From sequence record NC_072811.1: 42,858 nt of DNA; one strand, 5' to 3'. Below, one piece after another: positions 19,097 to 27,923 of the stretch (positions are counted from its first letter, which is position 1; each line of letters opens with the position of its first letter). Source of the DNA: Escherichia phage Halfdan. A program made the translations under genes and the position numbers. The notes beneath the pieces were generated by a model. The model was not told the origin of the DNA and made no database searches. It saw nothing but the letters and a program-made list of their open reading frames with translations.

Positions 19097-20644
19097 TTAA
19101 CCCCCGTTGCCCACATTAGACGGCTGCGGATTGCTGGCGGCCGGGTCTTCACCCATAGCCTTTGCAGTGGCCGCGATTTGGTCGGCTTGTTCTTGGTCGA
19201 TTTTCTTTTTCGCTTCGGCATCGTCTTCGGTAGCGACGCCACCTTTACGAAGTACGGCCCGCATTTCGGCGAAGGTAAGTGCGCCGCCTTGCCATTCCTT
19301 GATAGTTTCGGCGCGGTCTGCGGCCGAAAGTTTCATCAAGTCGAAGTCGGTGTTAAGTTGATATACGATTTTGGATTCGTCCAAACCCATATAGAACGCG
19401 CACCAGCCGAAGGCCCATTCGAACGCGGCCGATACGTTCTTCGCAGTTGCGGCCAAGAACGACGATTCGGCGGCTTCGTCTTGTTGCGCTTCGGTTGCGG
19501 TACGTTGTACCGACTTTTGTTCGACCAGCTTTGCGCCCAATGCGACCATTTGGTTTTCTTTGTGGCCCATTGCTTCGAACGGCATGGTATTCGGCTGCAT
19601 TTGCAGCAAGCCGCCTTGCGCATTCGGCGGAAGTGCGACGCCGCCCCACGAACCCAACTTGATTTGGCCGCCAAGAACGTTTTTCATCCATTCTTCGGTA
19701 AGACCGCTGAACCAGTAAGTCGGCTGGCCCATGACGTAACACGCTTCTTCGTAATCGGCCGAATTGCGGTAATGCGCTAAGTTCAGTTCGCAAAGGTCAA
19801 TGAACGGCGGGTTATCGACCGACGTATCGTTGTTTTCCGAACCGACGAACATAAACGGGATTTCTTGGATGTTCGAACCGTCCGGGCCGGTTGGATAAAA
19901 CGGGCCTTCTTTCAGTTCGAACGATTTGTTCTTCGGGATGTTATCGCCGTTCCAAACCGTCGGCGACTTTTCCCGGTAGATTTCGACTTTGTATTTCGTT
20001 TCGCCGACAACGTTACCGTTTTCGTCGGCTTCGTATTCCAGCGACATAACGCGGAATTGGCAACCGTGTTTGATTTCGAAGCCGTCGTCGTAGAACGGCC
20101 AAGATTCGGCGATTACGACCAGCGACAGCAGGGTTTTAGCGCCAACCTGAATTGTACGCCAGTTGACAACGGTATTCGGGTCGCAAACGGTAATCGTCGG
20201 GCGAAGGTGCCCGGCGTCTAGTTCTTTCTTGGTTGCGCCTTCTTCGCCGGTATTCGGATAATCGACGTAAATACCGCCACGCGCATAACCAAGTGCGTAA
20301 TTCAACAGGCGTTTAGCTTGTTGTGCGGCCGATACGCCGGTTCCGGTTGCGTCGATTTCGACGATATCCAGCGCGTCGGGAATTTCCGACACGGGGTCGC
20401 GGGCGAACACTTGGCCCGACAGACCGGCCAGCGTTCGGCGTGCGACGTTGTAGAACACGGCGCGGCCTTTATAGCCCTTGTAACGGGCGATGTTTTCCGG
20501 CGACTTATCGGCTTCGTTCGGCATCGGCAAATAGACAACACCGGCCGCCTTTACTTTGTCCGAACCGGACAAACAATCCCGAATCTTTTTGTACAGCGGC
20601 ATTACTGCGGCAAGTTCCGGGCGAATAAACGATACGTTTGGCAT
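19097..20644 (-). CDS. portal protein
   Basis: 515-aa ORF immediately downstream of large terminase. Confidence 0.65.
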   Translation of the reverse strand: MPNVSFIRPELAAVMPLYKKIRDCLSGSDKVKAAGVVYLPMPNEADKSPENIARYKGYKGRAVFYNVARRTLAGLSGQVFARDPVSEIPDALDIVEIDATGTGVSAAQQAKRLLNYALGYARGGIYVDYPNTGEEGATKKELDAGHLRPTITVCDPNTVVNWRTIQVGAKTLLSLVVIAESWPFYDDGFEIKHGCQFRVMSLEYEADENGNVVGETKYKVEIYREKSPTVWNGDNIPKNKSFELKEGPFYPTGPDGSNIQEIPFMFVGSENNDTSVDNPPFIDLCELNLAHYRNSADYEEACYVMGQPTYWFSGLTEEWMKNVLGGQIKLGSWGGVALPPNAQGGLLQMQPNTMPFEAMGHKENQMVALGAKLVEQKSVQRTATEAQQDEAAESSFLAATAKNVSAAFEWAFGWCAFYMGLDESKIVYQLNTDFDLMKLSAADRAETIKEWQGGALTFAEMRAVLRKGGVATEDDAEAKKKIDQEQADQIAATAKAMGEDPAASNPQPSNVGNGG

Positions 20645-20656
20645 TTGAAGCCCCTT

Positions 20657-22276
20657 TTATGATGGTCGAACAAGTTTAATTGCGGTTGCGGCCCGGTTGT
20701 TGCCAGCAAGGACGCGGTAACGTACTTCGTCGTAAACGTGGTCTTCGGAATCCGTATCCACGTCGTCGAGTATTTTAGAGTCGCGGGGCAATGTGGGCAA
20801 TATCGAAATAGCGGCCCGGCAACAGTCCATAATATACAACCCTTTGTGTTCACCGGTCGAAGTTGCTTCTAACCGTTCGCGCACAAGTTCAAGGCCGATT
20901 TTACGACTACCCGGCGATTTATCCGATTCAGTCCAGCGGATACCGACCGACGACATTTTCTTTTCGATGGTTTCCGTTTCATCGTCCGTAACGTTTCGAA
21001 TCTGGTTATCCGCTGGCCCCGGCCACGGTTGCGACTGAATCCAGCCGTTAGTCATTAATGCGATTTCAATATCGCGGATACCTTCCGCCACTTTACGCGA
21101 CGACATTTTAAGACCCTTGTTCGTTCCGATTTCCTTTGTACCGTACCATTCGAATATGCGAACAAGCGAACCAGCGGGCGGGCAAAACTTCTTCGTCGTT
21201 CCGTCGGGAAATACGATAGTCGCTTCTTCGCCGTTAGCTTCGGCCCACCAGCCAACCGAAAACGGATGCGACGAACCCCAGTCGAAAGACCGGTCGATTC
21301 GCCAACTTTTCGGAACAACGAACCGGGGAACGATAACGGTTTGTTTATTCCAAACGTCGTCGAGTGCGCCGCCTGCGACGATATCCCAATCGCCAAGCAA
21401 CCACGCTTTACGGCGGTTTTCGTCTTTTTCGCTATTCAGTTCGGCAACGTATTCGGGAGAAAGATAAATGTTTTCGACATACGAACCGAAGATAGCGACT
21501 TGCGTTTTCGTAACGGTAATTTCTTTCTTGGTCTTCGGGTCGAATACTTCGACGCTGTTTTCGACCATAGTTCCGTAAGGTGCCGGGTCGATAAACCGAC
21601 GCTTAACCCAATTATGGCCCGCGCCGTATGGGTTGCAAGTGCTGAACACTTCCAACGGAATCGGCGGGATTTCGTAAACCGGGCCTTCTTCAACGAAGAT
21701 AATTTCGCCTGTCGCTTCGTAATGGTCGCCGTCAATACACGGTGAATCTTTTTCAGGCGTAAACGAACTACGGTTCGTTGACATCATCATATTGTAAAGT
21801 TCGCCGGTTGGATATTTCGTTAATTCGTTCCAACCGATAAACGGGAATTCTTGGCCGTGATAGTTCCAATAATCGTCGGGATTCTTTGCGACGCGAAACA
21901 ACAGTTCTTCGCCGGTCGGCCAAACCCATTTAAGCGACGAAGCCGATTCAAGAAACTTTGCGCCGTCTTTGAATGCGTAAAACCAACGTTTCGACTTGTT
22001 GATTAAGTCGTCAAGGTTCTTATATTCGCGGTCGAATATGACGCCACGCCAGAACACGCCATAGCCCAAACCGACGCGACGACGAAATCGCATTAGCTGG
22101 GTATCGGTCTTTCCGGGGCCGCGTGCGCCAGTGTATAGGGTATGATGTGCCCGCGTATCTAACGCCAGTTCTTGCGACGTATCCGGTATCGGTTGCCAAA
22201 TTACGTTGGCGTTTTCCGGCGTCCAAATGATGCGTTCGGGCGAATCCGGGTTAGTGTTTGGTAGTATTAGCGACAT
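20657..22276 (-). CDS. terL: terminase large subunit
   Basis: 539 aa; Walker-A-like GARGPGKT near N-terminus; C-terminal nuclease-sized domain. Confidence 0.85.
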   Translation of the reverse strand: MSLILPNTNPDSPERIIWTPENANVIWQPIPDTSQELALDTRAHHTLYTGARGPGKTDTQLMRFRRRVGLGYGVFWRGVIFDREYKNLDDLINKSKRWFYAFKDGAKFLESASSLKWVWPTGEELLFRVAKNPDDYWNYHGQEFPFIGWNELTKYPTGELYNMMMSTNRSSFTPEKDSPCIDGDHYEATGEIIFVEEGPVYEIPPIPLEVFSTCNPYGAGHNWVKRRFIDPAPYGTMVENSVEVFDPKTKKEITVTKTQVAIFGSYVENIYLSPEYVAELNSEKDENRRKAWLLGDWDIVAGGALDDVWNKQTVIVPRFVVPKSWRIDRSFDWGSSHPFSVGWWAEANGEEATIVFPDGTTKKFCPPAGSLVRIFEWYGTKEIGTNKGLKMSSRKVAEGIRDIEIALMTNGWIQSQPWPGPADNQIRNVTDDETETIEKKMSSVGIRWTESDKSPGSRKIGLELVRERLEATSTGEHKGLYIMDCCRAAISILPTLPRDSKILDDVDTDSEDHVYDEVRYRVLAGNNRAATAIKLVRPS

Positions 22277-22721
22277 ATCGACCGTTCACCAATTCGCGCT
22301 GTTGCTTTGCGACCTTCTGCGCCCATTCGTCGTTAGTGCCGTGGTCTTTAACGACCATGACACGCGGGGCCGCGTCAACGTTGATATTCGTTGTCGTATT
22401 CGCTTTGGGGTCGTAGATACCGGCAACCGCGCCGTACTTTTCAGCGGCGGCGATTCGGTCTTTAGGGTCGATTTTTTCGTTATTCGCCAAATCCCAATAG
22501 AAGCGGGCAAGGTCGAATTTCGACGCAATGGCTTGAACGTTCTTCGCGTCCGACCGAAGCCGGTTCATTTCTGCGATAACGTCTTCGTCGTTCGCCCAAT
22601 TGGTCGCATACCATAGGGCTTGGCCCGTGTTGTCCGGGCATAGCAGGCAAGCGGCCTTGAACGGGTCGCGTTCCTGTAAAAGAAAAGCCGCATAAGCGGC
22701 CTTCGATTTCGTGTCTTCCAT
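22251..22721 (-). CDS. putative terminase small subunit
   Basis: 156 aa from ATG 22719-22721 (TAAGG SD); 3' end overlaps terL start; call by position. Confidence 0.4.
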   Translation of the reverse strand: MEDTKSKAAYAAFLLQERDPFKAACLLCPDNTGQALWYATNWANDEDVIAEMNRLRSDAKNVQAIASKFDLARFYWDLANNEKIDPKDRIAAAEKYGAVAGIYDPKANTTTNINVDAAPRVMVVKDHGTNDEWAQKVAKQQRELVNGRYVANTTKH

Positions 22722-22782
22722 ATCGGGCGGCCTTACTGTTAATCGAACTTGGTTCAATCATAATACAGCCGCCCGATATAGT

Positions 22783-23019
22783 CTATTTCTTTGACTTCCG
22801 GGGGTCGCCGCAATTCTTTACGAACGTTTCGTTATGCGATAAGATTTGCCGCGCCGTTCCATCCGTGATTACGTCGTCTTTCGACACGTAAATCGGCTGA
22901 ACCCATTTGCAAGCGGTATCAACCGTTACGACTTTCGGCGATTCAATCCCGCGACCATTCGTCGCGCAACTTGTTAGCAGCATCGCCGGGATTAAGACGG
23001 TTAATATCCGCTTGAACAT
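22783..23019 (-). CDS. o-spanin (outer-membrane lipoprotein)
   Basis: 78 aa; signal peptide with lipobox LLTSC; embedded out of frame in the 3' end of the i-spanin gene. Confidence 0.6.
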   Translation of the reverse strand: MFKRILTVLIPAMLLTSCATNGRGIESPKVVTVDTACKWVQPIYVSKDDVITDGTARQILSHNETFVKNCGDPRKSKK

Positions 23020-23227
23020 CGTTAGCCCCTTTAACTGATTCAGTTACTTGTTCGACCGTCGCTTTCGCTTCGGCTACCGCTTCGGCGGCTTTGTCTTCGG
23101 CGTGTTTCGTTTCCGCTTCCGACTTACCGGCTTTCTTACCGCCAAAGTACAGACCAAGCGCACCAGCAATCGCGCCAATGATGCCCACAATCCAAGGCCC
23201 GAAGTCGCCTAACAGTGCTGTAATCAT
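22943..23227 (-). CDS. i-spanin
   Basis: 94 aa; N-terminal TM helix then charged helical region; directly downstream of endolysin. Confidence 0.55.
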   Translation of the reverse strand: MITALLGDFGPWIVGIIGAIAGALGLYFGGKKAGKSEAETKHAEDKAAEAVAEAKATVEQVTESVKGANDVQADINRLNPGDAANKLRDEWSRD

Positions 23228-23238
23228 TTCGGCCGCCT

Positions 23239-23793
23239 TTACTTGAAAACGCGCTGTTGCCAGCCGTTCGAAAAGTCTTCTTGCGATTGGTCACGTTCCG
23301 ACAGTTCCATAAGGAACACCGACCGTTGCGCCTTAACCATTTCGGCCAGATACGCAAGCCCGGCACCCCCGCGCTTCGCTGCGAAGCCGTCAAGTGCGCC
23401 GAAGGTAATACGGCCTAAGCCGCCGTCGGGGTCGATATCGGGATAGTCCTTGCCTTGTCGATTCAGGGTATTCAACGCCCGTTGCATTGCGCGAACGGCG
23501 CGGCTTGGCCCGCTATTAACGCCCCAATCGAACAGCACTTCGGCCAGTACCGGCGACCGGTCGTTAATCTGGTCGAACTTCGGGGCCAACCAAAAGCGTT
23601 CGCGGTAGATTGCGAAGGCTTGGTCGTAAGTCATATCGCGGATATCGCCAGTATAACCGAACGCCTTTGCGGTCGTTGCGGTAATGCCCCACTTGGTAGG
23701 GCCGCCCTTGTCGTTCGGTAAGTTGGTGTATTTGTCCCAACCTTCCGCCCGCATTACGGCATCAATTCGGGTTTTTAGTTCCGTCGGTTGCAT
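23239..23793 (-). CDS. endolysin (GH108 lysozyme-like domain plus peptidoglycan-binding domain)
   Basis: 184 aa; AEGW...NDKGGPTKWGIT and DWGVNSG...DPDGGLGRITFGAL motifs; strong AAAGGAG SD. Confidence 0.8.
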   Translation of the reverse strand: MQPTELKTRIDAVMRAEGWDKYTNLPNDKGGPTKWGITATTAKAFGYTGDIRDMTYDQAFAIYRERFWLAPKFDQINDRSPVLAEVLFDWGVNSGPSRAVRAMQRALNTLNRQGKDYPDIDPDGGLGRITFGALDGFAAKRGGAGLAYLAEMVKAQRSVFLMELSERDQSQEDFSNGWQQRVFK

Positions 23794-24103
23794 TGTCGGT
23801 TACTCCTTTCGGTTCCGGCCGCTGTTGCTTAATCAACCGGGCCACCAGCGACAGCACGAACACGCCGACGCCGATAAGTGGAACGTACTGTTCGGGAATA
23901 GCGGCCTTCAAATCCGACGGTAACAGGTTCCACGCATACAACGCCGCATCGGGAAATGCGACAAGTACGCCAGTTAATGCCGTTCCGATGATTCCAAGCC
24001 GTACCGACCAGAACCGCCAGAACAAACGCCAATCGTCGATAAGTTCGACCTTAACGCGGTTTATCATTGCTCCAACCCTTCCGTAAAAGTTCGTCATTTG
24101 CAT
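23762..24103 (-). CDS. holin (two TM segments, possible dual start)
   Basis: 113 aa with in-frame ATGs at 24103, 24097 and 24067; two hydrophobic helices; overlaps endolysin start. Confidence 0.6.
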   Translation of the reverse strand: MQMTNFYGRVGAMINRVKVELIDDWRLFWRFWSVRLGIIGTALTGVLVAFPDAALYAWNLLPSDLKAAIPEQYVPLIGVGVFVLSLVARLIKQQRPEPKGVTDNATDGTKNPN

Positions 24104-24494
24104 TAATCGCCTTCAACTGGTATTCAAGCGCCAGAATCCGACGGTCGGCCGCGTTATCGGCCGCTTGCAAATTCTGAATCGTGGAATACGAAAAACCAAC
24201 AAGGCCGGTACAGGCTAACAGTACCGCCCCGGTAATCTTCCAAATGGTCGAATGCGATTGTAATTTCTGGCCGTGAACCGTCGTAACGTCACCTTGCGCC
24301 GAAAGGGCTTTAAATAACCGGTCGGTCTTTGCGTCCAACACTGCGATATCTTTCTGAATCACGGCGAATTGCTGAATAGCGGTATTTTGTGCGATAACCA
24401 TTCCGCGCAATTCTTGGTAATCGTCAAGTACACGACCGATTCGTTCGTATAAAACCGCCAATTCTGGCGACGTAACGTTGTCGTTTTCGGCCAT
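24051..24494 (-). CDS. membrane protein with coiled-coil regions
   Basis: 147 aa from ATG 24492-24494 (GGAAAGGTGG SD); central TM segment ITGAVLLACTGLVGF; immediately upstream of holin. Confidence 0.4.
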   Translation of the reverse strand: MAENDNVTSPELAVLYERIGRVLDDYQELRGMVIAQNTAIQQFAVIQKDIAVLDAKTDRLFKALSAQGDVTTVHGQKLQSHSTIWKITGAVLLACTGLVGFSYSTIQNLQAADNAADRRILALEYQLKAINANDELLRKGWSNDKPR

Positions 24495-24576
24495 GTTTCG
24501 CCACCTTTCCAAGTCGTATTATCCGAAATTAAACGCATTCAATGTCGGATAGCATAACGCAAGATTGACGGACACG

Positions 24577-24610
24577 CAAAGAAAAGCCCCCGGACGCGAT
24601 GCCGGGGGCT
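24577..24610 (-). terminator. rho-independent terminator after gene 24655..25257
   Basis: 9-bp GC-rich stem (24585-24593 / 24602-24610), 8-nt loop, followed on the minus strand by UUUCUUUG; a second hairpin lies at 24614-24631. Confidence 0.65.
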
Positions 24611-24654
24611 TTAATGGGGCCGTCATTGGCCCCGGTTGCTACGGGGTTGCGGCG

Positions 24655-25257
24655 TTACAGGGTACGCCACACGCCCGCGCCCTTGACGCCGGGGAAGCCC
24701 CACGGTGCGCCGTCTTCGACGGTGCGAACGGCGAATTCGCGAATCTGGCGGGTAGCCGGAACGACGTTGCCTTTCGCCGGGGATTTCTTCGGCGCGGGGA
24801 TTTCTTCGGCGTAACGTTCGTTGGCGCTGGTGACAGTGGAAGCCAGCGACTTCGCCGGGTTCGGCTTGGCTTCGGTCGCGGCCACGAAGAACGATTGCCC
24901 TTTTTCCAGCTTGTCGAACGGGTAAGTTTCGGTCGAACGGCCGCCACGGGAAGCGCCCGGCATGGCAACGTCGGCGACAATTGCGAAGTTCGATGCGACG
25001 GCCGGTGCGGCGGAAGCGCCTTCGGTGCCGGTGTTCTGGTTGGTGTTCTGTTCGTTCATAGCTGCGATGCCCTTTTCGGTTGCACGGGTAGCGAAGTCGC
25101 CCCCTTCGTTGGTGATGGTTTCGTTCTGTTCGACCAGACCTTCGGCGACCAGAACTTTCGCGGCCTTGGCGGAAGCGAAGGCGTAACCGGCGTCGCCGGT
25201 AGTTGCGGTAACGATGGCGGCCAGCAGTTCCGAAGCCGCTTTGTTCAGTTTAGCCAT
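24655..25257 (-). CDS. hypothetical protein, independently transcribed
   Basis: 200 aa from ATG 25255-25257 with AAGGAG SD; own TTGACG-N17-TAGAAT promoter and downstream hairpin terminator. Confidence 0.55.
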   Translation of the reverse strand: MAKLNKAASELLAAIVTATTGDAGYAFASAKAAKVLVAEGLVEQNETITNEGGDFATRATEKGIAAMNEQNTNQNTGTEGASAAPAVASNFAIVADVAMPGASRGGRSTETYPFDKLEKGQSFFVAATEAKPNPAKSLASTVTSANERYAEEIPAPKKSPAKGNVVPATRQIREFAVRTVEDGAPWGFPGVKGAGVWRTL

Positions 25258-25325
25258 TTTGAAAACTCCTTGCAAGTAAGTTCTTCGTTTGTCCCCGACG
25301 AACCATTCGGCGGGGTACGTGTTGA

Positions 25326-25354
25326 ATTCTAGGGTAACTTAGCCGACGCGTCAA
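25326..25354 (-). promoter_or_regulatory. sigma70-like promoter for gene 24655..25257
   Basis: minus-strand TTGACG (25349-25354), 17-nt spacer, TAGAAT (25326-25331); same -35 hexamer and spacing as the two rightward promoters. Confidence 0.5.
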
Positions 25355-25357
25355 CAA

Positions 25358-25555
25358 CTATTTTCCGTTGTATTCGCCATTTTTGCAGTATTCGGCGTAA
25401 GTACCGTTGTAATCCGGCCACAACCCCGAATGCACGTTAGCGCAATATGCTTCGGCTTCCCGCTTGGCTTCTTCGTAATCGCTGTTACCGGCGACGCCTG
25501 CGAGTATAACCAAGGCGGCAATTCCGATGCAATAGGCTAAATGTTTCTGGGTCAT
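25358..25555 (-). CDS. small membrane or secreted protein
   Basis: 65 aa from ATG 25553-25555 (AAAGGAG SD 8 nt upstream); N-terminal hydrophobic segment; track ORF begins 3 codons earlier at GTG. Confidence 0.45.
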   Translation of the reverse strand: MTQKHLAYCIGIAALVILAGVAGNSDYEEAKREAEAYCANVHSGLWPDYNGTYAEYCKNGEYNGK

Positions 25556-25568
25556 TGTGGGCACTCCT

Positions 25569-25949
25569 TTATTTAAGGCCGGTTCGAAGTATCGTCGTTG
25601 CGACGTTGTTAAGTCCGTCCGTCGCGCACTGTTGCGCCAGCATGGCCGCGTTTTGCATTGATACCAGCGTCTTACGCAAATCCGATTCTTCCGGCTGGCC
25701 TAGCGCGTCCAACATATCCAACAGCTTTTGTAACCAAACCGTTTGGTCGTTCAACGCGCCGAACATGACACGCGAAGCGGCCAACAGGTTGTAGTAACCC
25801 GGTGCGACCGCGCATTCGGCGATTACCGGGTTAGGACTTGCGACCCCGTTTTCGATTGCCATTACGAACGCTTGCCCGGTTGGGCTTGCTTCGCTGGCAA
25901 TCATTACGAAATCTGTTGCGAGTATTTCAGCTTTCGTTTTCATTGTCAA
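25569..25949 (-). CDS. hypothetical protein
   Basis: 126-aa ORF. Confidence 0.4.
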   Translation of the reverse strand: MTMKTKAEILATDFVMIASEASPTGQAFVMAIENGVASPNPVIAECAVAPGYYNLLAASRVMFGALNDQTVWLQKLLDMLDALGQPEESDLRKTLVSMQNAAMLAQQCATDGLNNVATTILRTGLK

Positions 25950-26139
25950 CCCCTGTACCGGTAATTGTTTCGGTCTTGGTTACGACCGCCCGCAACGCCG
26001 GGTATTCGGTGCGGCCGATAGGCGTTACGTCTATCGTTTCATATTCGACATTGTATCCGCCTTCGGCGATTTCGGCAACCATTTCGTTAACGGCGTTGAT
26101 ACGGCGGTTAAGTTCGGCAACCTTTGCGTTAATGTTCAT
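25927..26139 (-). CDS. hypothetical protein
   Basis: 70-aa ORF; stop-start overlap with dCMP deaminase gene. Confidence 0.35.
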   Translation of the reverse strand: MNINAKVAELNRRINAVNEMVAEIAEGGYNVEYETIDVTPIGRTEYPALRAVVTKTETITGTGVDNENES

Positions 26140-26597
26140 TCTTCGCCCCTTGTTACGATAAGTTTAACGCCCGCTTCTTTGAACATCGAAACGGCAATAT
26201 CTAAGTGTTCGTCGTATGCAAGCCGGTTGCCCACATATTCAGCGACGACGCGTTTAACGCCGCTTTGAATGATGGCCCCGGCGCAAACCGGGCACGGCGT
26301 CAACGGCGTTACGAACAGCGTACAACCGACAAGCGATTCGCGGCTGTTTAGTATAGCGTTCAATTCGGCGTGTACGGTGCGCGGGTACTTCTGCGCCCGG
26401 TCGTTCAACCGGGATTCAGTATCGGCCACGCCACGCGGAAAGCCGTTGTAACCGAACGATACCGGGCTGTTATCCGGCCGTGCAATGAACGCACCAACCT
26501 TCGTCGAAGGGTCTTTCGATTTGGTGCGAACAGTGCGGGCCAACGACAGGTAGAACCGTTCCCATTCGGTAAGGTCTTCGTACCGACGTTCAATCAT
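26136..26597 (-). CDS. dCMP deaminase (cytidine/deoxycytidylate deaminase family)
   Basis: 153 aa; zinc-binding HAE and PCxxC motifs (VHAELNAI, TPCPVCAGAI). Confidence 0.8.
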   Translation of the reverse strand: MIERRYEDLTEWERFYLSLARTVRTKSKDPSTKVGAFIARPDNSPVSFGYNGFPRGVADTESRLNDRAQKYPRTVHAELNAILNSRESLVGCTLFVTPLTPCPVCAGAIIQSGVKRVVAEYVGNRLAYDEHLDIAVSMFKEAGVKLIVTRGEE

Positions 26598-27001
26598 CGT
26601 TTCGACTCCTTTTCGTTGTCCAGATACAACAACGCTTCGTGTCGGTCAATCTTGCCGGTCGCGTCGCAGAAGTCGCAGTCGAACCAGTCGCCGGGGCTAA
26701 TTTCGACGCCCTGTACGCCTTTGCATTTCGGGCACGTTACGGCTTCGGCTTCGTGTGAGTAATCCGGCCCGTAAAAGTTCTTGATTACGTCGTCAGGGTT
26801 GCCGCCTGCGGCCATGTAACCGCGTGCGTATTGTGCGGCATCCGTAACCGGCATGTAACCGTCGCAGATTGCGCAAGTTACCTTTTGGCCTAACTGATAC
26901 GGCGGCGGGCCAACGTCGAACAGATGGCGCGGGCACGCGTCCAGCTTGCGGCGGTTTTCCTTGATAGCGGCGAACAGTGCGGCCGATTCTTGCTTGTTCA
27001 T
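26594..27001 (-). CDS. cysteine-rich zinc-ribbon protein
   Basis: 135 aa; three CxxC(x)G motifs (CAICDG, CPKCKG, CDFCDATG). Confidence 0.45.
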   Translation of the reverse strand: MNKQESAALFAAIKENRRKLDACPRHLFDVGPPPYQLGQKVTCAICDGYMPVTDAAQYARGYMAAGGNPDDVIKNFYGPDYSHEAEAVTCPKCKGVQGVEISPGDWFDCDFCDATGKIDRHEALLYLDNEKESKR

Positions 27002-27225
27002 TTCGTCAACTCCTTAATAAGATGCGGCGTATAAGGCGACAGCTTGGACGCCCGAAATATACCCTTGCACCAACATTCGCCGTTCGCTTCAATTCCGACG
27101 TAATAGCTTTCGCCATAGTCGGCCGACAGCTTCGCGGCGATTTCTTGCGGCGTCCATTTCAAAGCCAAAAGGGCCGTAGCTTTCGCCTTGGCCCTTATGA
27201 GTTCGCATCGCAAACAGTTAATCAT
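26998..27225 (-). CDS. hypothetical protein
   Basis: 75 aa from ATG 27223-27225; upstream part of the track ORF is an Arg-rich out-of-frame overlap. Confidence 0.35.
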   Translation of the reverse strand: MINCLRCELIRAKAKATALLALKWTPQEIAAKLSADYGESYYVGIEANGECWCKGIFRASKLSPYTPHLIKELTK

Positions 27226-27520
27226 AATCGTAAAAGTCCGGTTCGTAATCCGGTTCGCGTAACGATTCGTTGTATCCGAATTCGCCCGGCCCGGCCTGTT
27301 CCAGTTTATCCGCGATGACCGCCAGCCCTTTCGGCAAGTTGTCGTAATCGACTTCTTCGCCGTCAATGGTAAACACGCCTTCCGATGCTTCGGATTCTTC
27401 CGGGTAGCAGTTTTCCGGCGCACCCCAAAGACGGGCGGGAGTGACCGACAGAACGTAAGTGCATTCAAGAATGCGGCCGTCGGTCATTTCGAAAGAAGTG
27501 GTTACGTCGTATGCTGGCAT
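27218..27520 (-). CDS. highly acidic small protein (candidate DNA mimic)
   Basis: 101 aa from ATG 27518-27520; about 24 Asp/Glu against 5 Lys/Arg. Confidence 0.45.
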   Translation of the reverse strand: MPAYDVTTSFEMTDGRILECTYVLSVTPARLWGAPENCYPEESEASEGVFTIDGEEVDYDNLPKGLAVIADKLEQAGPGEFGYNESLREPDYEPDFYDYD

Positions 27521-27539
27521 GATTGCGGTTCCTGTTTCG

Positions 27540-27707
27540 TTATCCGATGAACAGATTATACGCCGACGCAACGACGAATGCAACACCCCCAAAGCCGATA
27601 ACCATTGCGATAACGGTTTCGACAATCGACGGGCCTTTGCGGTTGCGCGGCGGCACTGAAAAGGTGCGCAAGTTCTGGTCGGCGATGCGTTCGGCGTGAA
27701 TGTTCAT
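27540..27707 (-). CDS. small membrane protein
   Basis: 55-aa ORF below the track cutoff, translated by hand (MNIHAERIADQNLRTFSVPPRNRKGPSIVETVIAMVIGFGGVAFVVASAYNLFIG); C-terminal TM helix. Confidence 0.3.
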   Translation of the reverse strand: MNIHAERIADQNLRTFSVPPRNRKGPSIVETVIAMVIGFGGVAFVVASAYNLFIG

Positions 27708-27716
27708 TTTGAACCC

Positions 27717-27923
27717 CTATGCTTGGTTGTAGTTCCGATAAAAGTAATAACCCTTATCGTCGTTGCCGAACGTCCAACCGTAAATGGAATGGGTGCGTTC
27801 GTCCAACTGTTCCGATTTTAAACCGGCCGCTTTCAGGTTGTCAAGGGCTTGTTTCAGCGTTTTAGCCGATTCAAGATGCGACCCGTTTTTCGCGATGCGG
27901 TCGTTATGCCGTTGTACCGTCAT
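27717..27923 (-). CDS. hypothetical protein
   Basis: 68-aa ORF. Confidence 0.35.
   Translation of the reverse strand: MTVQRHNDRIAKNGSHLESAKTLKQALDNLKAAGLKSEQLDERTHSIYGWTFGNDDKGYYFYRNYNQA

Noticed and set aside
24565-25332. 255-aa plus-strand ORF opposite gene 24655..25257
   Set aside because: It would read through the terminator hairpin and the minus-strand promoter; Gly/Arg-rich antisense composition.
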